This document shows positions 9,793 through 19,163 of a DNA stretch of 64,000 nucleotides, piece by piece. A model generated the notes under the pieces. The model did no database searches. It had not been told where the DNA came from and was given only the letters and a program-made list of their open reading frames with translations. A program made the translations under genes and the position numbers. Every line of letters begins with the position of its first letter. Positions within the stretch are counted from its first letter, which is position 1. The DNA is taken from positions 62,001 through 126,000 of IMG/VR virus record IMGVR_UViG_3300024252_000004. One strand, given 5' to 3'.

Positions 9793-10401
9793 ATGGCAAA
9801 TAGATATGGAAATGTAACTAAAACTATCGCAGAATACGAGCCCCTTACTATCTGTGAGATTGGAACCTTCAGTGGGAGAAGAGCAATCTCTATGCTATTG
9901 GCGGCCCTTAAGTATAATAACGGTGTAAGCTATATAGGATACGATTTATTCGAAGAAGCTTCCGATGAAACTGATACTGAAGAATTCAACGGTAAAACTA
10001 CGAGAACAGAGGTGAGTAAGGTTAAAGAAGTCATCGAGAATAAGGTAACAAGAAAAGTTCGAAAAAATAAGAATGGAGACTTCGAGGTTGAACTTGTTAA
10101 AGGCAATACAAATGATGTTCTGCGTAAAGGGAAATATGATTTTGTATATATTGATGGAGGGCATCACATAGATACTATTAGACACGACTATTCCAAAGTC
10201 AGGCGCAGTAAGGTAATCATTTTTGATGACTATTATGATTGCGATGACAAAGATCTTCTTGCAAAAAGAACAGAGAAATTTGGATGCAATAATCTTATCC
10301 ATGAGCTTATGGAAGATCAGGAACTTCAAGTTTCTATCATGCCACTTTATGATACAAGCGGCGAATTCTATACCAAGCAGGTTTTGGTTATAAGAAAGTG
10401 A
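9793..10401 (+). CDS. Class I SAM methyltransferase (Methyltransf_24-like)
   Basis: EIGTFSG, GYDLF, DFVYIDGGH, IIFDDY. Confidence 0.78.
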   Translation: MANRYGNVTKTIAEYEPLTICEIGTFSGRRAISMLLAALKYNNGVSYIGYDLFEEASDETDTEEFNGKTTRTEVSKVKEVIENKVTRKVRKNKNGDFEVELVKGNTNDVLRKGKYDFVYIDGGHHIDTIRHDYSKVRRSKVIIFDDYYDCDDKDLLAKRTEKFGCNNLIHELMEDQELQVSIMPLYDTSGEFYTKQVLVIRK

Positions 10402-11297
10402 AAATCATCCTTTACAAGAGAAGAAAGAAGGAGCCGATGATTGATATCATTTATCCTATGCTGATGGAATCGATGTCCTCTCTTGAGAAGGATTTTCAGG
10501 TCAAATACGAGGATGAATACGAAGTCTCCGACATAGCTATTACTTATGGATTACACAAATACGCTACTAAAGGCGGAAGAGTAAGGAAAGCTATTTTTGA
10601 TGGGCAAGAGAAAGCCGGCAAAGATATGCTGATTATGGAGCGAGGGTTTCTAAAGCGTAGCGATTATTTTTCGCTTGGATTTAGCAACGTAAATGGTAGA
10701 GCTGAATTCTATAACCACAAAAGTCCATCAGATAGGTACAAGGAGCTAGGCATAGAACTATCCCCCTGGCGCGTTAAGGAAGACGGAATTATTCTATTAT
10801 GTGGCCAAGTAGCCTGGGACACCAATGTTCAGCACATCAATTATACAAAAGAGAAAAGTAAGAGTAAGATGATTAAAGGTTATCTTAATTGGCTTAGAGA
10901 TACTGCAATTTATTTGTCAGAAACTTACGACAAAGATGTTATTTTCAGACCTCATCCTTTATTCGCAAAGCCAAGTCTTTACAAAGAGGCTTTAGCTGGA
11001 GTTAATATAGGTTGGTCCGACAGGTCATTGGAGAAAGATCTTAAGGATTCTTATGTATGCGTTGCTTTTAATTCGAATACCTTAGTTGACGCAGCAATTA
11101 TGGGTGTACCGATTGTAGCTTTCGATAGAGGTTCTATGGCTTATCCTATTTCCAACAATATGAAAAAACTAAATAAATTGAAGCTCTACAAAAGAGAGCA
11201 ACTCCTTTTTGATATAGCATACTCTCAGTGGAATTCAAATGAAATTCTCAAAGGAATTCCATGGCAGAGGCTTAAGAAATCAAGGTATGACTCCTAA
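10398..11297 (+). CDS. KpsS/KpsC-like (Capsule_synth) GT-B protein, paralogue 2
   Basis: IMERGF, CGQVAWD, FRPHP, AFNSNTLVDAAIMGVP, IAYSQW. Confidence 0.65.
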   Translation: MKIILYKRRKKEPMIDIIYPMLMESMSSLEKDFQVKYEDEYEVSDIAITYGLHKYATKGGRVRKAIFDGQEKAGKDMLIMERGFLKRSDYFSLGFSNVNGRAEFYNHKSPSDRYKELGIELSPWRVKEDGIILLCGQVAWDTNVQHINYTKEKSKSKMIKGYLNWLRDTAIYLSETYDKDVIFRPHPLFAKPSLYKEALAGVNIGWSDRSLEKDLKDSYVCVAFNSNTLVDAAIMGVPIVAFDRGSMAYPISNNMKKLNKLKLYKREQLLFDIAYSQWNSNEILKGIPWQRLKKSRYDS

Positions 11298-12314
11298 TCT
11301 GCGAGCTTTTTTCTTAGAGTAATCTCCATTATCATTTAGCCGACTACGGAATCGATCCCATACGATTCCGTTTTTCATTTCATCACAGTTCCAACAGCTA
11401 TAAGCTAAGTTGTACAGCCACTGATCTCTATTTGGAAATTTTGGTGTAAGGATTTTGCTATAATTATGATTGGCAACAGGATATGTTAAACAGTCTTTGT
11501 TATCGGTAAAGATTGGGACGCCATTGATGACCGCCACAATAGTTGACGAAGATGTCATAGTAATGCAGGCGATAGCGCGCTCTGTTTCCTCAAGCATTGT
11601 GGTATTGTTAATAATTGATGGATGTCTGCCTATAATTCCTCCAGAGAACGTTATATTATTAACTCCGAGAAATTTTTTCCAGTGTCTTGATCTGTGAGTG
11701 ATTTCATCTCCACCTGGATGAAACCTGAGTCTAATCGGGAAATCGGTTTTCATTCTAATTTCTTTGATAGTATTTCTCAGCCATTTGTCTGCGTCATAAT
11801 TTCGAGTAGACCATCCGCGACCACGTTTATTGTCACTATTAAGACATATGAGAATATGATCACCTTCTTTACGATAGGGTTTTAGTACAATATTTTTCTC
11901 TTTACTAATTTTATCCCAACGATCTGATGGAGAGCCTTCATTAAAGTAGTAACCATCGCTTGGATACACAGAAGTATGAGAGACTCTAAGGTAATGAAGT
12001 GGATCAATTTGATTTTTCGGAAGATTGGTGCCGGCATATTTTAGCGGATCAGCATCAATGAATATACATTTTTTGCCGCGCGCCAAGTGAGCTTTAAATA
12101 CTTTTTTTCGCACACTTTGGGTATACCCAAGATTTTGCCCATAAAAGCCAAAGATAAGAGCGATGTCGCAGTTTCTATATTCTGGTTTATTTACGATAAT
12201 TGCTCTATCTTCAGACTTCCTAACACCTTCTGCAAAGCTATGCAAAATTCGTCTTTTTGAGTCAGTGGATGAGTTACCAACCGTTTCTAAAAAAATCCCA
12301 ACTTTCAGTCTCAC
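11280..12314 (-). CDS. KpsS/KpsC-like (Capsule_synth) GT-B protein, paralogue 3 (inverted)
   Basis: LRFHP, TSSSTIVAVINGVP, LAYSCW; GTG start behind GGAG. Confidence 0.65.
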   Translation of the reverse strand: MRLKVGIFLETVGNSSTDSKRRILHSFAEGVRKSEDRAIIVNKPEYRNCDIALIFGFYGQNLGYTQSVRKKVFKAHLARGKKCIFIDADPLKYAGTNLPKNQIDPLHYLRVSHTSVYPSDGYYFNEGSPSDRWDKISKEKNIVLKPYRKEGDHILICLNSDNKRGRGWSTRNYDADKWLRNTIKEIRMKTDFPIRLRFHPGGDEITHRSRHWKKFLGVNNITFSGGIIGRHPSIINNTTMLEETERAIACITMTSSSTIVAVINGVPIFTDNKDCLTYPVANHNYSKILTPKFPNRDQWLYNLAYSCWNCDEMKNGIVWDRFRSRLNDNGDYSKKKARRLGVIP

Positions 12315-12349
12315 GTTAATTCTCCGTCAGTCTCACGTTAATTCTCCGT
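12306..12349. repeat. Perfect 22-bp tandem duplication (CAGTCTCACGTTAATTCTCCGT x2) covering the RBS and start of the minus-strand gene
   Basis: Read directly at 12306-12327 and 12328-12349. Confidence 0.9.
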
Positions 12350-12352
12350 CGC

Positions 12353-12360
12353 TACTATTA
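12353..12360 (+). promoter_or_regulatory. Candidate phage promoter motif TACTATTA
   Basis: 32 nt upstream of ATG 12393 in a divergent intergenic region; a TATAAATA is also present at 12369-12376. Confidence 0.4.
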
Positions 12361-12392
12361 TACTTTTATATAAATATAAGGAAGCCTACCTA

Positions 12393-13148
12393 ATGAGAAA
12401 CATATTATTAACATTTAGTGACTCATACATTGAAAATGCAAAGGCTATGCTATCATCCATATATACTCACTCCAAAAATATTAGGCTAATTTTGTATATA
12501 ATCAACGCTTCTGAAGAAAACAGGAAGAGCCTTGAAGAGGAGTTTGAGCTGCTTAGAGCATTGCGTAATGACATACTCATAGAAGAGAATTATATATTCA
12601 AAGATTTGGATGAGTCAATCAATAAGAGACATAAGACTAAAGAATACAGCGAGCTAATGGCTTACTCTGCGAACTTAAGATTCTTAGTAATATACAAATT
12701 GCTAAAGTCAAGAGAGCTTTTAGATTTGATTTATTTGGATACTGATTCTATTTTAAATAAGGATATCGAATTGTTTTATGAAGATGTTAAGGGCTACGAT
12801 ATTGCTTTCCGACTAAGGGAAGGCGCAAGTAAAACTAAAGGGGCACTAAGTGGTGTATTGTATTTTAAGAATTCAGATAAAATTCTTGAATTTACAAAGA
12901 CCTTAAAAAAGGAAGTCTCAAAGGCCGGAGTTCTTAAGTGGTATTCGGATCAGATAGCGCTAAGAGGAACTTTTTATAAAAACAGAGAGTTTGTCAATCA
13001 TTATCAGCTTTTAGATAAACATATAGATTGGATGTTAAATGATGACAGTATAATCTGGGTTGGAAAAGGTGCGTTCAAAGATTTTGAAAAGTACGTCGAG
13101 GTAAAGGAATGTTATCTTGAGAAATATCAAGAATTAATTAAGGAGTAA
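12393..13148 (+). CDS. GT-A/nucleotide-diphospho-sugar transferase-like protein
   Basis: YSANLRF, YLDTDS (DxD), SGVLYF, WYSDQ. Confidence 0.6.
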   Translation: MRNILLTFSDSYIENAKAMLSSIYTHSKNIRLILYIINASEENRKSLEEEFELLRALRNDILIEENYIFKDLDESINKRHKTKEYSELMAYSANLRFLVIYKLLKSRELLDLIYLDTDSILNKDIELFYEDVKGYDIAFRLREGASKTKGALSGVLYFKNSDKILEFTKTLKKEVSKAGVLKWYSDQIALRGTFYKNREFVNHYQLLDKHIDWMLNDDSIIWVGKGAFKDFEKYVEVKECYLEKYQELIKE

Positions 13149-13149
13149 A

Positions 13150-13920
13150 GTGTCTATTTTATATATCACATCTTTTAGTGGTCATCTCTATAATCTAACA
13201 GGAAAGAGGCTTATTGAGACCTTTAAGAAAACCAAAACAGAAGGTGACCTTTTTTGTTACGTAGAAGGTATGGACACTTCTTTAATCAATGGCAAAAATA
13301 TTACAGTTGAAGACATGAGCGATAATAGGTTCTATAGAAGATGGTTCGAAGCAAATCTTGATATTATACCTGAAAAATTTGGTGGCAAAGCTACAAAGGA
13401 AAGTAGTTTTCAGGCATTTAAGACTCCAAACTATAGAACTGCGCAGTGGACTAAGAAGATTGCAACAATGAAGTACGCCATGGAAAATTATACGGACCAA
13501 TATGATTACTTTATGTGGGTAGATTGCGATTGCTTTTTTACAAATACGTTTACTGAGCAAGATTTAGTTAAAGCACTTCAAGGAAAGTCATTCGGCTATC
13601 ATCTCGGCAGGGACCGTACCAAGAAAAGGATGGGCGTAGAGACAGGGCTTCTTGGGTTTAAGAACGATAAGTACTCTAAGAAGGCATTATCCAAATGGAT
13701 TAAGAAGTATAATGGTGCTGGATTTAAACAGCACGAATGGTGGAACGATGCACACATGTTTTTTTATGTTCTTGATGCAAACCCTAAGCTTAAGGAGAAA
13801 GGTATAGATTTAGTAACTGATTATGGAGACACAGGTAGGTCAAAATCACACGTCATTATGAGAGGAGACCTTGGTAACTTTTTTGATCATCAAAAAGGAT
13901 ACCACAAACGAAACCTATGA
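13150..13920 (+). CDS. GT-A-like glycosyltransferase
   Basis: WVDCDC (DxD), VETGLLGF, EWWNDA, FDHQKG. Confidence 0.6.
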   Translation: MSILYITSFSGHLYNLTGKRLIETFKKTKTEGDLFCYVEGMDTSLINGKNITVEDMSDNRFYRRWFEANLDIIPEKFGGKATKESSFQAFKTPNYRTAQWTKKIATMKYAMENYTDQYDYFMWVDCDCFFTNTFTEQDLVKALQGKSFGYHLGRDRTKKRMGVETGLLGFKNDKYSKKALSKWIKKYNGAGFKQHEWWNDAHMFFYVLDANPKLKEKGIDLVTDYGDTGRSKSHVIMRGDLGNFFDHQKGYHKRNL

Positions 13921-14729
13921 AATTTTCCGTAAAACATGATAGCGGTTTTAAAGGCGGAATCAGAGATGAGATAAGGGCTTTAAAACCGAGGGTAGTTAAA
14001 AAATTCTCAGACATTAGAGATGATTATCTTTTTGTAAATGGGATGAAAGAAATGATCTCGATCAAAAGGCATACAGGTGGTTTTCCGCAGAACTATATTT
14101 TTGTAGACTCAGGTTATCTTGGTAATTTCAGAGATAAAGTCAAATATACAAGAATGATTCCAAATGCAATGCATCCGCCAGACTACGACGTTCCTCGTGG
14201 AGAAATATTTTCGTTTCTAAGGGGATATGACAAATATTATGAGACGGAGTATCTTAAGATGCTGGAGAATCAGTATGACTACAGTGCATATAATGGCGCC
14301 ATTATTATTCCTCCATCAAGGAAGTATTGTTTTCTTGAAGAGATAGATCCAGTAAGATGGGCTCAGGTTGTTGAATATGTAGAATATTCTTCCTATTTTG
14401 ACTCTTTCTATGTGAGAAAGAAATCTAAAGATAGAGAGGAGCGTATGTTACACAATCCTATCTATAATGATATGAGCGAAAAATCTGCTTTGATTTGTCA
14501 TAGTAGCATTGCTTCGGTAGATGCTCTTCTATATGGAATGCCATTTATTGATTTAGGAGCCGGCCCCCTTGTTCACATGTCTTCAAATAAAAAGAGTTTA
14601 TCGAGAAATAAGTTTCATAGCCAGGAGCAGATAGTCGATGCTCTCAATAAGCTGCTATTTTACCAATGCGTTCCGTTTACTTTTAAAAAGAAGTTACTTG
14701 AGATTATGCATTTTTATGAGTGCCTTTAA
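13917..14729 (+). CDS. Divergent KpsS-like GT-B protein, paralogue 4
   Basis: FVDSGYL, HSSIASVDALLYGMP, LLFYQ pattern like the other paralogues. Confidence 0.5.
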   Translation: MKFSVKHDSGFKGGIRDEIRALKPRVVKKFSDIRDDYLFVNGMKEMISIKRHTGGFPQNYIFVDSGYLGNFRDKVKYTRMIPNAMHPPDYDVPRGEIFSFLRGYDKYYETEYLKMLENQYDYSAYNGAIIIPPSRKYCFLEEIDPVRWAQVVEYVEYSSYFDSFYVRKKSKDREERMLHNPIYNDMSEKSALICHSSIASVDALLYGMPFIDLGAGPLVHMSSNKKSLSRNKFHSQEQIVDALNKLLFYQCVPFTFKKKLLEIMHFYECL

Positions 14730-15467
14730 GGCCGCTCCACTTGTAAGCTCTTCACGACTGAACTGATTATACATAAGATTTTTGATCCATTCTGTTCTGT
14801 CTGGACGGATAAGTTTTTCAACATTCGAGAGCTTTTGTGCTGATACGAATTTGCTGGCAGCTTCGCCAAGTACGATTGCGGGTGTGCCATGGAAAATAGC
14901 TTCTGTAGCAGCATTGCTGTTATAAGCAACAATACAATGTGCATTTTTAGCGGCATTAACTAAGGATTTTGAACCTTCGTATCTATCTCGAACTATTGGT
15001 CTCGCCCTAATAAGGATGTCCCTATTCGAATATTCCCTGAGTTCGGTAACAGTAGACTCCAGCCATTTTTTGTTATCAAACCCCCAATACCTGCCGGCCT
15101 TTGCGCATGGAGGGACAACAAGAATGTAATCTCCGTTTTTTTTCCAAGATTTAGGCTTAATTTTGATACCTCTACGCCATGAGCTAAAGTCTCTCATCCT
15201 CTCCATTTGAAAAGAATTATAACATACTCGCATCCATTGCTTCTTTCCGTCATCAATAATGTATCCCCTATCGATAAAGAAGTAAGGAATTCCGTAAGCC
15301 TCAAGTTTTATGATTAGCTTCATTCTTCCGAAGCCGGTAAAGGCAACGGTATATCCTTTCTTTTTTAGCTTTACTAAATCTTGTTTGTGTATGTTTGTGA
15401 TGGGAGCATTGGCTCCTTCTGCGAATTCACGAGTGAATCTCGTATCGTCATGGCAAATCAATTTCAT
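14694..15467 (-). CDS. KpsS-like GT-B protein, paralogue 5 (inverted)
   Basis: FIDRGY, VVPP, AYNSNAATEAIFHGTP, LMYNQF. Confidence 0.6.
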   Translation of the reverse strand: MKLICHDDTRFTREFAEGANAPITNIHKQDLVKLKKKGYTVAFTGFGRMKLIIKLEAYGIPYFFIDRGYIIDDGKKQWMRVCYNSFQMERMRDFSSWRRGIKIKPKSWKKNGDYILVVPPCAKAGRYWGFDNKKWLESTVTELREYSNRDILIRARPIVRDRYEGSKSLVNAAKNAHCIVAYNSNAATEAIFHGTPAIVLGEAASKFVSAQKLSNVEKLIRPDRTEWIKNLMYNQFSREELTSGAALKALIKMHNLK

Positions 15468-16252
15468 TAGGTTATCCTATGGTATTTAGTTAAAAAGTCT
15501 ATAGCTTCACCGTTTGACAGTTCGTCAACAGTGAATTGGTTACAGAATAAGTTTTTCAACCAAAGCTCTCTATCAGGATAGCAAAGGCTCTCTATGTCTG
15601 AGAGGTCTGTCCTGGCAACAAATTTGCTTGCGGCATCTCCAAGGACGATTGCTGGAACCCCACTAAAGATAGCCTCAGTTGCTGCATTGCTATTATACAC
15701 AACGATGCAGTGAGCATCTTCAAGTGCAGCTAACAATGATGTATCTCCATGATACCTTGCGATTTTATTATCAGGCTTGTACCTTATGATCACTTCTCTA
15801 TCGGAGTTTTTATCAAGATATTTAACAACTCTATTTAGCCATTTATCTTTATCAAATTTATAGAACTCGCTGGTCTTTTTACTTGGAGGACACACCACAA
15901 TTTTAGAGCCCCCTTTTCTCCATGGCTCGGGAGTTACAGGTGAGACGTTTCTCCATCCTTTAATATCTCTCATCTCATTCATCTGAAGGGAGTTGTAGGA
16001 TACACGTATCCAAAATTTTCTTTCCCCAAAAATATAAGCCCTGTCGAGAAAGAAGTATGGAATGCCAAGCTCTTCAAATTTTGATATAAGTTTAAGTCTT
16101 CCAAGTCCCGTAACTACGGCAGTATAACCAGAGCTTTTGATTGCTCTTAAATCCTGTTCGTATAAGTTCATAAGCGGAGCCTTAGCTCCGAACGAGAAAT
16201 GACTTGAGAATTTTTTGTCATCATGGCATATAATCTTCATTCGTTCACCCAT
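15467..16252 (-). CDS. KpsS-like GT-B protein, paralogue 6 (inverted; tandem duplicate of paralogue 5; start may be 16240)
   Basis: MKIICHDD vs MKLICHDD, FLDRAY, VYNSNAATEAIFSGVP, LFCNQF. Confidence 0.6.
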   Translation of the reverse strand: MGERMKIICHDDKKFSSHFSFGAKAPLMNLYEQDLRAIKSSGYTAVVTGLGRLKLISKFEELGIPYFFLDRAYIFGERKFWIRVSYNSLQMNEMRDIKGWRNVSPVTPEPWRKGGSKIVVCPPSKKTSEFYKFDKDKWLNRVVKYLDKNSDREVIIRYKPDNKIARYHGDTSLLAALEDAHCIVVYNSNAATEAIFSGVPAIVLGDAASKFVARTDLSDIESLCYPDRELWLKNLFCNQFTVDELSNGEAIDFLTKYHRIT

Positions 16253-16266
16253 ACTAATTATTTCGA

Positions 16267-16274
16267 TATTAATA
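16267..16274. promoter_or_regulatory. Palindromic TATTAATA in a divergent intergenic region (candidate bidirectional promoter)
   Basis: 24 nt from + start 16299 and 26 nt from - start 16240. Confidence 0.35.
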
Positions 16275-16298
16275 TGAGATGTAACATAGCTGAAGGAA

Positions 16299-16916
16299 AT
16301 GAGGCGGCAATTGATAATCAGTCATAAATATAAATTGATTTTCGTTAAGACTAAAAAAACATCAGGTTCTACTCTGGAGTTTCTGTTGTCAAGCAGGCTT
16401 GGGCCGAAAGATATCTGCACCGGTTCCGAACGTGATGGGACATCGAAAGTTAATACAAACATATCTAACGGGCACATGAATCTGTCAAAGATTAAGAAGA
16501 TTTTTCCAAAGGAATTCGAGAACTACTATAAATTTTCAATAGAACGAAATCCTTGGGACAAAGTTGTTAGTTCATATTTTTGGCATAACAAAGTGAAACC
16601 AGAGAAGTATGCTGGTATGGATTTCACAAAGTACATGATAGCAGCTAAGGGGCTTCCGGTCGGTTGGAAAATATACACTATTGGTGGAGAGATAGCAGCA
16701 GATAAAGTTTTTTTTTATGAAAACTTAAATGAAATGTATAATGAGCTTAATAGGCAATTTGATTTACAGATAACTCCCGAAGAAATCCGAGACACCAGAA
16801 AGAAATCTGGTATCAGAAAAGTTGGACATTATTCTGAGCTGCACAACGAAGAAACAATAGAAATAGTTAAAAAGCGCTTTGCAGATGAAATCAAAGCTTT
16901 CAGCTATACTTACTGA
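16299..16916 (+). CDS. Sulfotransferase family 2 protein
   Basis: IFVKTKKTSGST (5'-PSB loop), ERNPWDKVVSSY (3'-PB). Confidence 0.8.
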   Translation: MRRQLIISHKYKLIFVKTKKTSGSTLEFLLSSRLGPKDICTGSERDGTSKVNTNISNGHMNLSKIKKIFPKEFENYYKFSIERNPWDKVVSSYFWHNKVKPEKYAGMDFTKYMIAAKGLPVGWKIYTIGGEIAADKVFFYENLNEMYNELNRQFDLQITPEEIRDTRKKSGIRKVGHYSELHNEETIEIVKKRFADEIKAFSYTY

Positions 16917-16924
16917 GGAAATAT

Positions 16925-17560
16925 ATGAAACATGTTGGCGGACACGAAGGCAAAACTTGGATAGATTATGGTGCCTTAAAAGCTTTGGTAGATAGATTTC
17001 AAAATGCCAAAACATTTATTGATATAGGTTGCGGTCCAGGCAAACAGGTTGAGGTGGCGAAGGCTTTGGGGCTATCTGCTATTGGGGTCGATGGAGATCC
17101 TGAGATGACAAAGTTGAAGCATGTTAATCTTTTTGATTTTTCTAAGAAAAAAGCAGCTAAAGATGATCTGCCATTTCTTCCGAAAAGAAAATATTTCGAC
17201 ATTGGGTGGTCAACAGAATTTCTCGAACATATTGATGAGAAATACATTGAGAATTTTATGCCATTATTTGCTTTGTGCAAAGTTGTGGTCATAACTCATG
17301 CAACTCCGGGTCAAAAAGGGCATCATCATGTCAATGAACAATTATTTCCTTATTGGAAAGATATATTTCATAGTTATGGCTTAAATGAAGATAAAGAACT
17401 CACAAAGCTTCTTCGGATTAAATCAACAATGAAACAGAAAAAGATTAACCACTTTGTAAAGTATAAGAAAGACGGTACACCAAAGGTTAAAAGGATCAAG
17501 TCATCCTTCATGGTAAAATCAGGAAGAGTATTTATAAACACAAAGTTAAAGGAGCTATGA
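16925..17560 (+). CDS. Class I SAM methyltransferase
   Basis: IDIGCGPG, GVDG, STEFLEHI, HATPGQKGHHHVNEQ. Confidence 0.75.
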   Translation: MKHVGGHEGKTWIDYGALKALVDRFQNAKTFIDIGCGPGKQVEVAKALGLSAIGVDGDPEMTKLKHVNLFDFSKKKAAKDDLPFLPKRKYFDIGWSTEFLEHIDEKYIENFMPLFALCKVVVITHATPGQKGHHHVNEQLFPYWKDIFHSYGLNEDKELTKLLRIKSTMKQKKINHFVKYKKDGTPKVKRIKSSFMVKSGRVFINTKLKEL

Positions 17561-18531
17561 TGCTTAGAGCAGTTGTAACAGGTGCCGGCCAGGACTCGTC
17601 CTATTTGGCAGACCTTCTTCTTGAGAAGGGATATGAAGTTTTGGTGTTTACTCGCCGTCGTTCTGTTAATAATGAGAACGAAAATCTTAAACATATTATC
17701 GATCATCCTAACCTAACGGTGATGCATGGAGACATTACAGACCCAACTTTCGTCGGAAGAATTCTGCACGATTTCAAACCGCATGAGTATTACGGTCTTG
17801 CGGCACAGTCCCATGTAGGATACTCCTTTAAAGATCCTGTTCATACATTTGACGTAACAGGTAGGGCAGTTGTTATGCAGCTTGATCTCATTAGAGAGTT
17901 CAGCCCCGCAACCCGTTTCTATAATGCTGCTACCTCTGAACTGTTCGGTGGCCTTCATGTTCCTGATACGGGTTATACAGAGGAGTCTCCGTTCTATCCA
18001 CGCTCACCATATGCAGTGGCAAAGGCCGCAGGATTCTATGCCACAAGGAATTATAGAGAGGCGTACGGTCTGTTTGCCTGTTCAGGAATTCTATTCAATC
18101 ATTCCTCGCCAAGAAGAGGGCATGATTTTGCCACAAGAAAGATGACCCGAGGTATCGCAAAGGTGAAGCTTGGAATGGAAGAGCATTTGAGGATGGGCAA
18201 CCTTGAGCCGTATAGAGATGAGGGTCATGCAAAAGATTATGTCAAGGCTCAGTGGCTTATGTTGCAGCAGGAAGAGCCAGATGATTTCGTAATTGCCACT
18301 GGTTATGGGGCAAGCATAGAGGATATGTTTAAGTATATATGTGACCTTGCAGGTTTGAAATTTGAGGATGTATACAGATCAGACCCCAGATTCATGAGGC
18401 CATCGGATGTTCCGTTCCTTAGAGGCGATCCTTCAAAGGCAAAGACCGTTCTTGGATGGGAGCCTGAGTACGATTGGCAGAAACTTCTTAAGGAAATGTA
18501 TGAAGCGGATTTGGCCGAGTTAGATGTTTAA
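17557..18531 (+). CDS. gmd: GDP-mannose 4,6-dehydratase
   Basis: GQDSSYLA, AAQSHV, ATSELFG, PRSPYAVAK, GILFNHSSPRRG, FATRK. Confidence 0.95.
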   Translation: MMLRAVVTGAGQDSSYLADLLLEKGYEVLVFTRRRSVNNENENLKHIIDHPNLTVMHGDITDPTFVGRILHDFKPHEYYGLAAQSHVGYSFKDPVHTFDVTGRAVVMQLDLIREFSPATRFYNAATSELFGGLHVPDTGYTEESPFYPRSPYAVAKAAGFYATRNYREAYGLFACSGILFNHSSPRRGHDFATRKMTRGIAKVKLGMEEHLRMGNLEPYRDEGHAKDYVKAQWLMLQQEEPDDFVIATGYGASIEDMFKYICDLAGLKFEDVYRSDPRFMRPSDVPFLRGDPSKAKTVLGWEPEYDWQKLLKEMYEADLAELDV

Positions 18532-19162
18532 GAAGCTTTTAAAACGAAACGATTTTGATTATTGTATAGTAGGAAATTCGCCATGCGAAGTTGGCCAGAA
18601 AAATGGTGAGAAGATTGATTCTCACAAGTTAATCTTCAGGTTCAATGATTTCTCGTTGGACCAAGGTTTTCAGGAGGATTATGGCTCCAAGGTAAATATA
18701 TGGATCCGAGGAACTAACGATAAACTGGTTTACACAATGGAACAGAAGAAGGAATTATTAGAAGATTTAGATCTCATTATCCTTCGCGCCAAAGATGATA
18801 GAAATAAGAAGTTTAGAGACTACTGCAAGACTAACGGTATAAAATATTACGTGCTTCCGCTTGAAAATGAGCTGGAGCTTACGAAGGACCTTGGGCGATG
18901 CCCAAGCACAGGTCTTCTTTTGCTCTATAGCATCAAGAAGGTTACGGGTGGCTTGGACCGAAGCAGAGTTTATGGATTTTCTTTTTGCAGAGAGAATAGA
19001 AGCAAAAGAAAAACCGGTGGTCAGATTCATTACTACAACAAAGATGATCTTGTAAATCCTGTTACCGGAAAGGTAGAGAGCATTAAGAATACTTTCCTCA
19101 TCTCAAAGCATGATTGGGGGAGGGAAGAAATATATTTTAGGAACAAGATACTGAGAGGTTGA
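18524..19162 (+). CDS. GT29-family sialyltransferase-like protein
   Basis: Sialylmotif L (CIVGNS...IDSHKLIFRFN...EDYGSK), S (PSTGLLLL...VYGF), HYY and VS-like HDWGRE. Confidence 0.8.
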   Translation: MFKKLLKRNDFDYCIVGNSPCEVGQKNGEKIDSHKLIFRFNDFSLDQGFQEDYGSKVNIWIRGTNDKLVYTMEQKKELLEDLDLIILRAKDDRNKKFRDYCKTNGIKYYVLPLENELELTKDLGRCPSTGLLLLYSIKKVTGGLDRSRVYGFSFCRENRSKRKTGGQIHYYNKDDLVNPVTGKVESIKNTFLISKHDWGREEIYFRNKILRG

Positions 19163-19163
19163 A

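Noticed and set aside
16708-16716. T9 and other A/T homopolymers in glycan genes as phase-variation tracts
   Set aside because: Expected in AT-rich DNA; the frames are intact and there are no poly-G/C tracts.
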